Under the pieces are notes generated by a model. That model had not been told where the DNA came from. It ran no database searches and worked only from the letters and a program-made list of their open reading frames with translations. A stretch of DNA of 64,000 nt from Steroidobacteraceae bacterium (GTDB lineage Bacteria; Pseudomonadota; Gammaproteobacteria; Steroidobacterales; Steroidobacteraceae): assembly GCA_036268215.1 (NCBI GenBank), contig DATAUO010000093.1, forward strand, positions 245-64,244, in the 5' to 3' direction. Each line of letters opens with the position of its first letter. The stretch's first letter is position 1. Made by a program: the position numbers and the translations under genes. Shown one piece after another: positions 63,380 through 64,000 of this stretch.

Positions 63380-64000
63380 TCATCGTTTGGCCGACTTGCG
63401 CGCGGCCGAGCCGGCCGCCGCGGCGCGCTTCGGCGCCTTGCGCTCCTTGAGCTCCGAGCTCTTGCTGCCGCGTGCATCGATGCTCGCGCGCAAGGCTTCC
63501 ATCAGGTCGATGACGTTGCCGCCCTTGGCGGCGACCGGACCTTCGGCGATGGCGATCTCCTTGCCCTCGACTTTCTTCTGAATCGCCGCCTCGACGCGGC
63601 TCTTGTGCTCGTCGGAGAACTCGTTGGGGTCGAAGCGCTTCTGTGCGAGATGGTCGATGAGCTGCTGCGCGAGCTTGAGCTCGGGCTCCGAAATCGGAGC
63701 GCTCTCGACGCCGAGATCCTTGAGGTCGCGCACCTCGGCCTTGAAGTGGAGCTGATGCATGGCCAAGCCGCTCTCCATCGCGCGGATGACGATGATGTGC
63801 TCCTTGCCGCGCGAGATCCATCGCCCGACCGCGGCCTGATGCGTCTTGCGCAAAGCGGACGCGAGCAGGTTGTACGGCTTCGCGCCGCCCTTGTCGGGCG
63901 CGAGGTAATAAGTGCCGTCGAAATACACCGGGTCGACCGACTCGAGCGGCACGAACTGGCCGATGTCGATGGCGTGGGTGGTCGCGTCCTCGAGCGCCTT
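63380..64000 (-). CDS. ku: Ku protein (NHEJ DNA-end-binding), C-terminal part; gene runs off the window end
   Basis: It contains 'VDPVYFDGTYYLAPDKGGAKPYNLLASALRKTHQAAVGRWISRGKEHIIVIRAMESGLAMHQLHF..EVR' and a basic C-terminal tail 'KERKAPKRAAAAGSAARKSAKR'. The reading frame stays open to position 64000. Confidence 0.9.
   Translation of the reverse strand, partial: KALEDATTHAIDIGQFVPLESVDPVYFDGTYYLAPDKGGAKPYNLLASALRKTHQAAVGRWISRGKEHIIVIRAMESGLAMHQLHFKAEVRDLKDLGVESAPISEPELKLAQQLIDHLAQKRFDPNEFSDEHKSRVEAAIQKKVEGKEIAIAEGPVAAKGGNVIDLMEALRASIDARGSKSSELKERKAPKRAAAAGSAARKSAKR

Overview
High-GC, densely packed chromosomal segment from a Gram-negative, proteobacterium-like genome, judged from TonB-dependent receptors, ExbD, PBP1B and lipoprotein signals. 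I call 54 protein-coding genes. I recognised no rRNA, tRNA, CRISPR array, transposase or integrase. All homology calls come from motif recognition by eye, and identity values are rough visual estimates. No search was run.

Gene order:
- 1-3.7 kb: a TIR-protein fragment, a GntR/DUF1648 membrane pair with a palindromic operator, an EamA transporter and a TetR regulator.
- 3.9-6.5 kb: TonB-dependent receptor 1.
- 6.6-9.4 kb: an orphan ParB, PadR, a small poly-Pro membrane ORF carrying a (CCG)10 microsatellite, an orphan ExbD and a membrane protein.
- 9.4-11.5 kb: a TIR / transmembrane / TolB-N-like / TPR protein.
- 11.6-14.4 kb: an MDR oxidoreductase, an oxygenase-like gene and a secreted unknown.
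- 14.5-19.7 kb: TetR, a Tat-exported amidase and a paralogous TonB-dependent receptor 2.
- 19.7-30.6 kb: a minus-strand cluster that is the most unusual part of the window. It encodes a secreted CocE/NonD hydrolase, a TPR-sulfotransferase, three tandem signal-peptide-bearing ammonia-lyase-fold (HAL/PAL family) paralogues that lack the Ala-Ser-Gly triad needed for the MIO cofactor, and a TudS-like Cys-rich protein with a Cys-less paralogue.
- 30.7-33.6 kb: PBP1B translationally coupled to an LpoP-like TPR lipoprotein.
- 33.6-44 kb: housekeeping and stress genes, namely an MBL-rhodanese fusion, a DsbA-like isomerase, Ohr, SDRs, FumC, NIPSNAP, ArsR, an alpha/beta hydrolase and an MFS transporter.
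- 44.1-59.8 kb: a LacI-type carbohydrate locus with three near-identical operators. It encodes a TonB-dependent receptor, SDRs, a split transketolase, two GH36-like hydrolases, an enolase-superfamily dehydratase, an SMP-30 lactonase, a Udh-like dehydrogenase and a sugar porter.
- 59.8-64 kb: an NHEJ operon, ku / HTH-TPR gene / ligD, with overlapping or abutting stop and start codons.

Many long ORFs in the supplied track are GC-driven antisense or out-of-frame shadows and were rejected.
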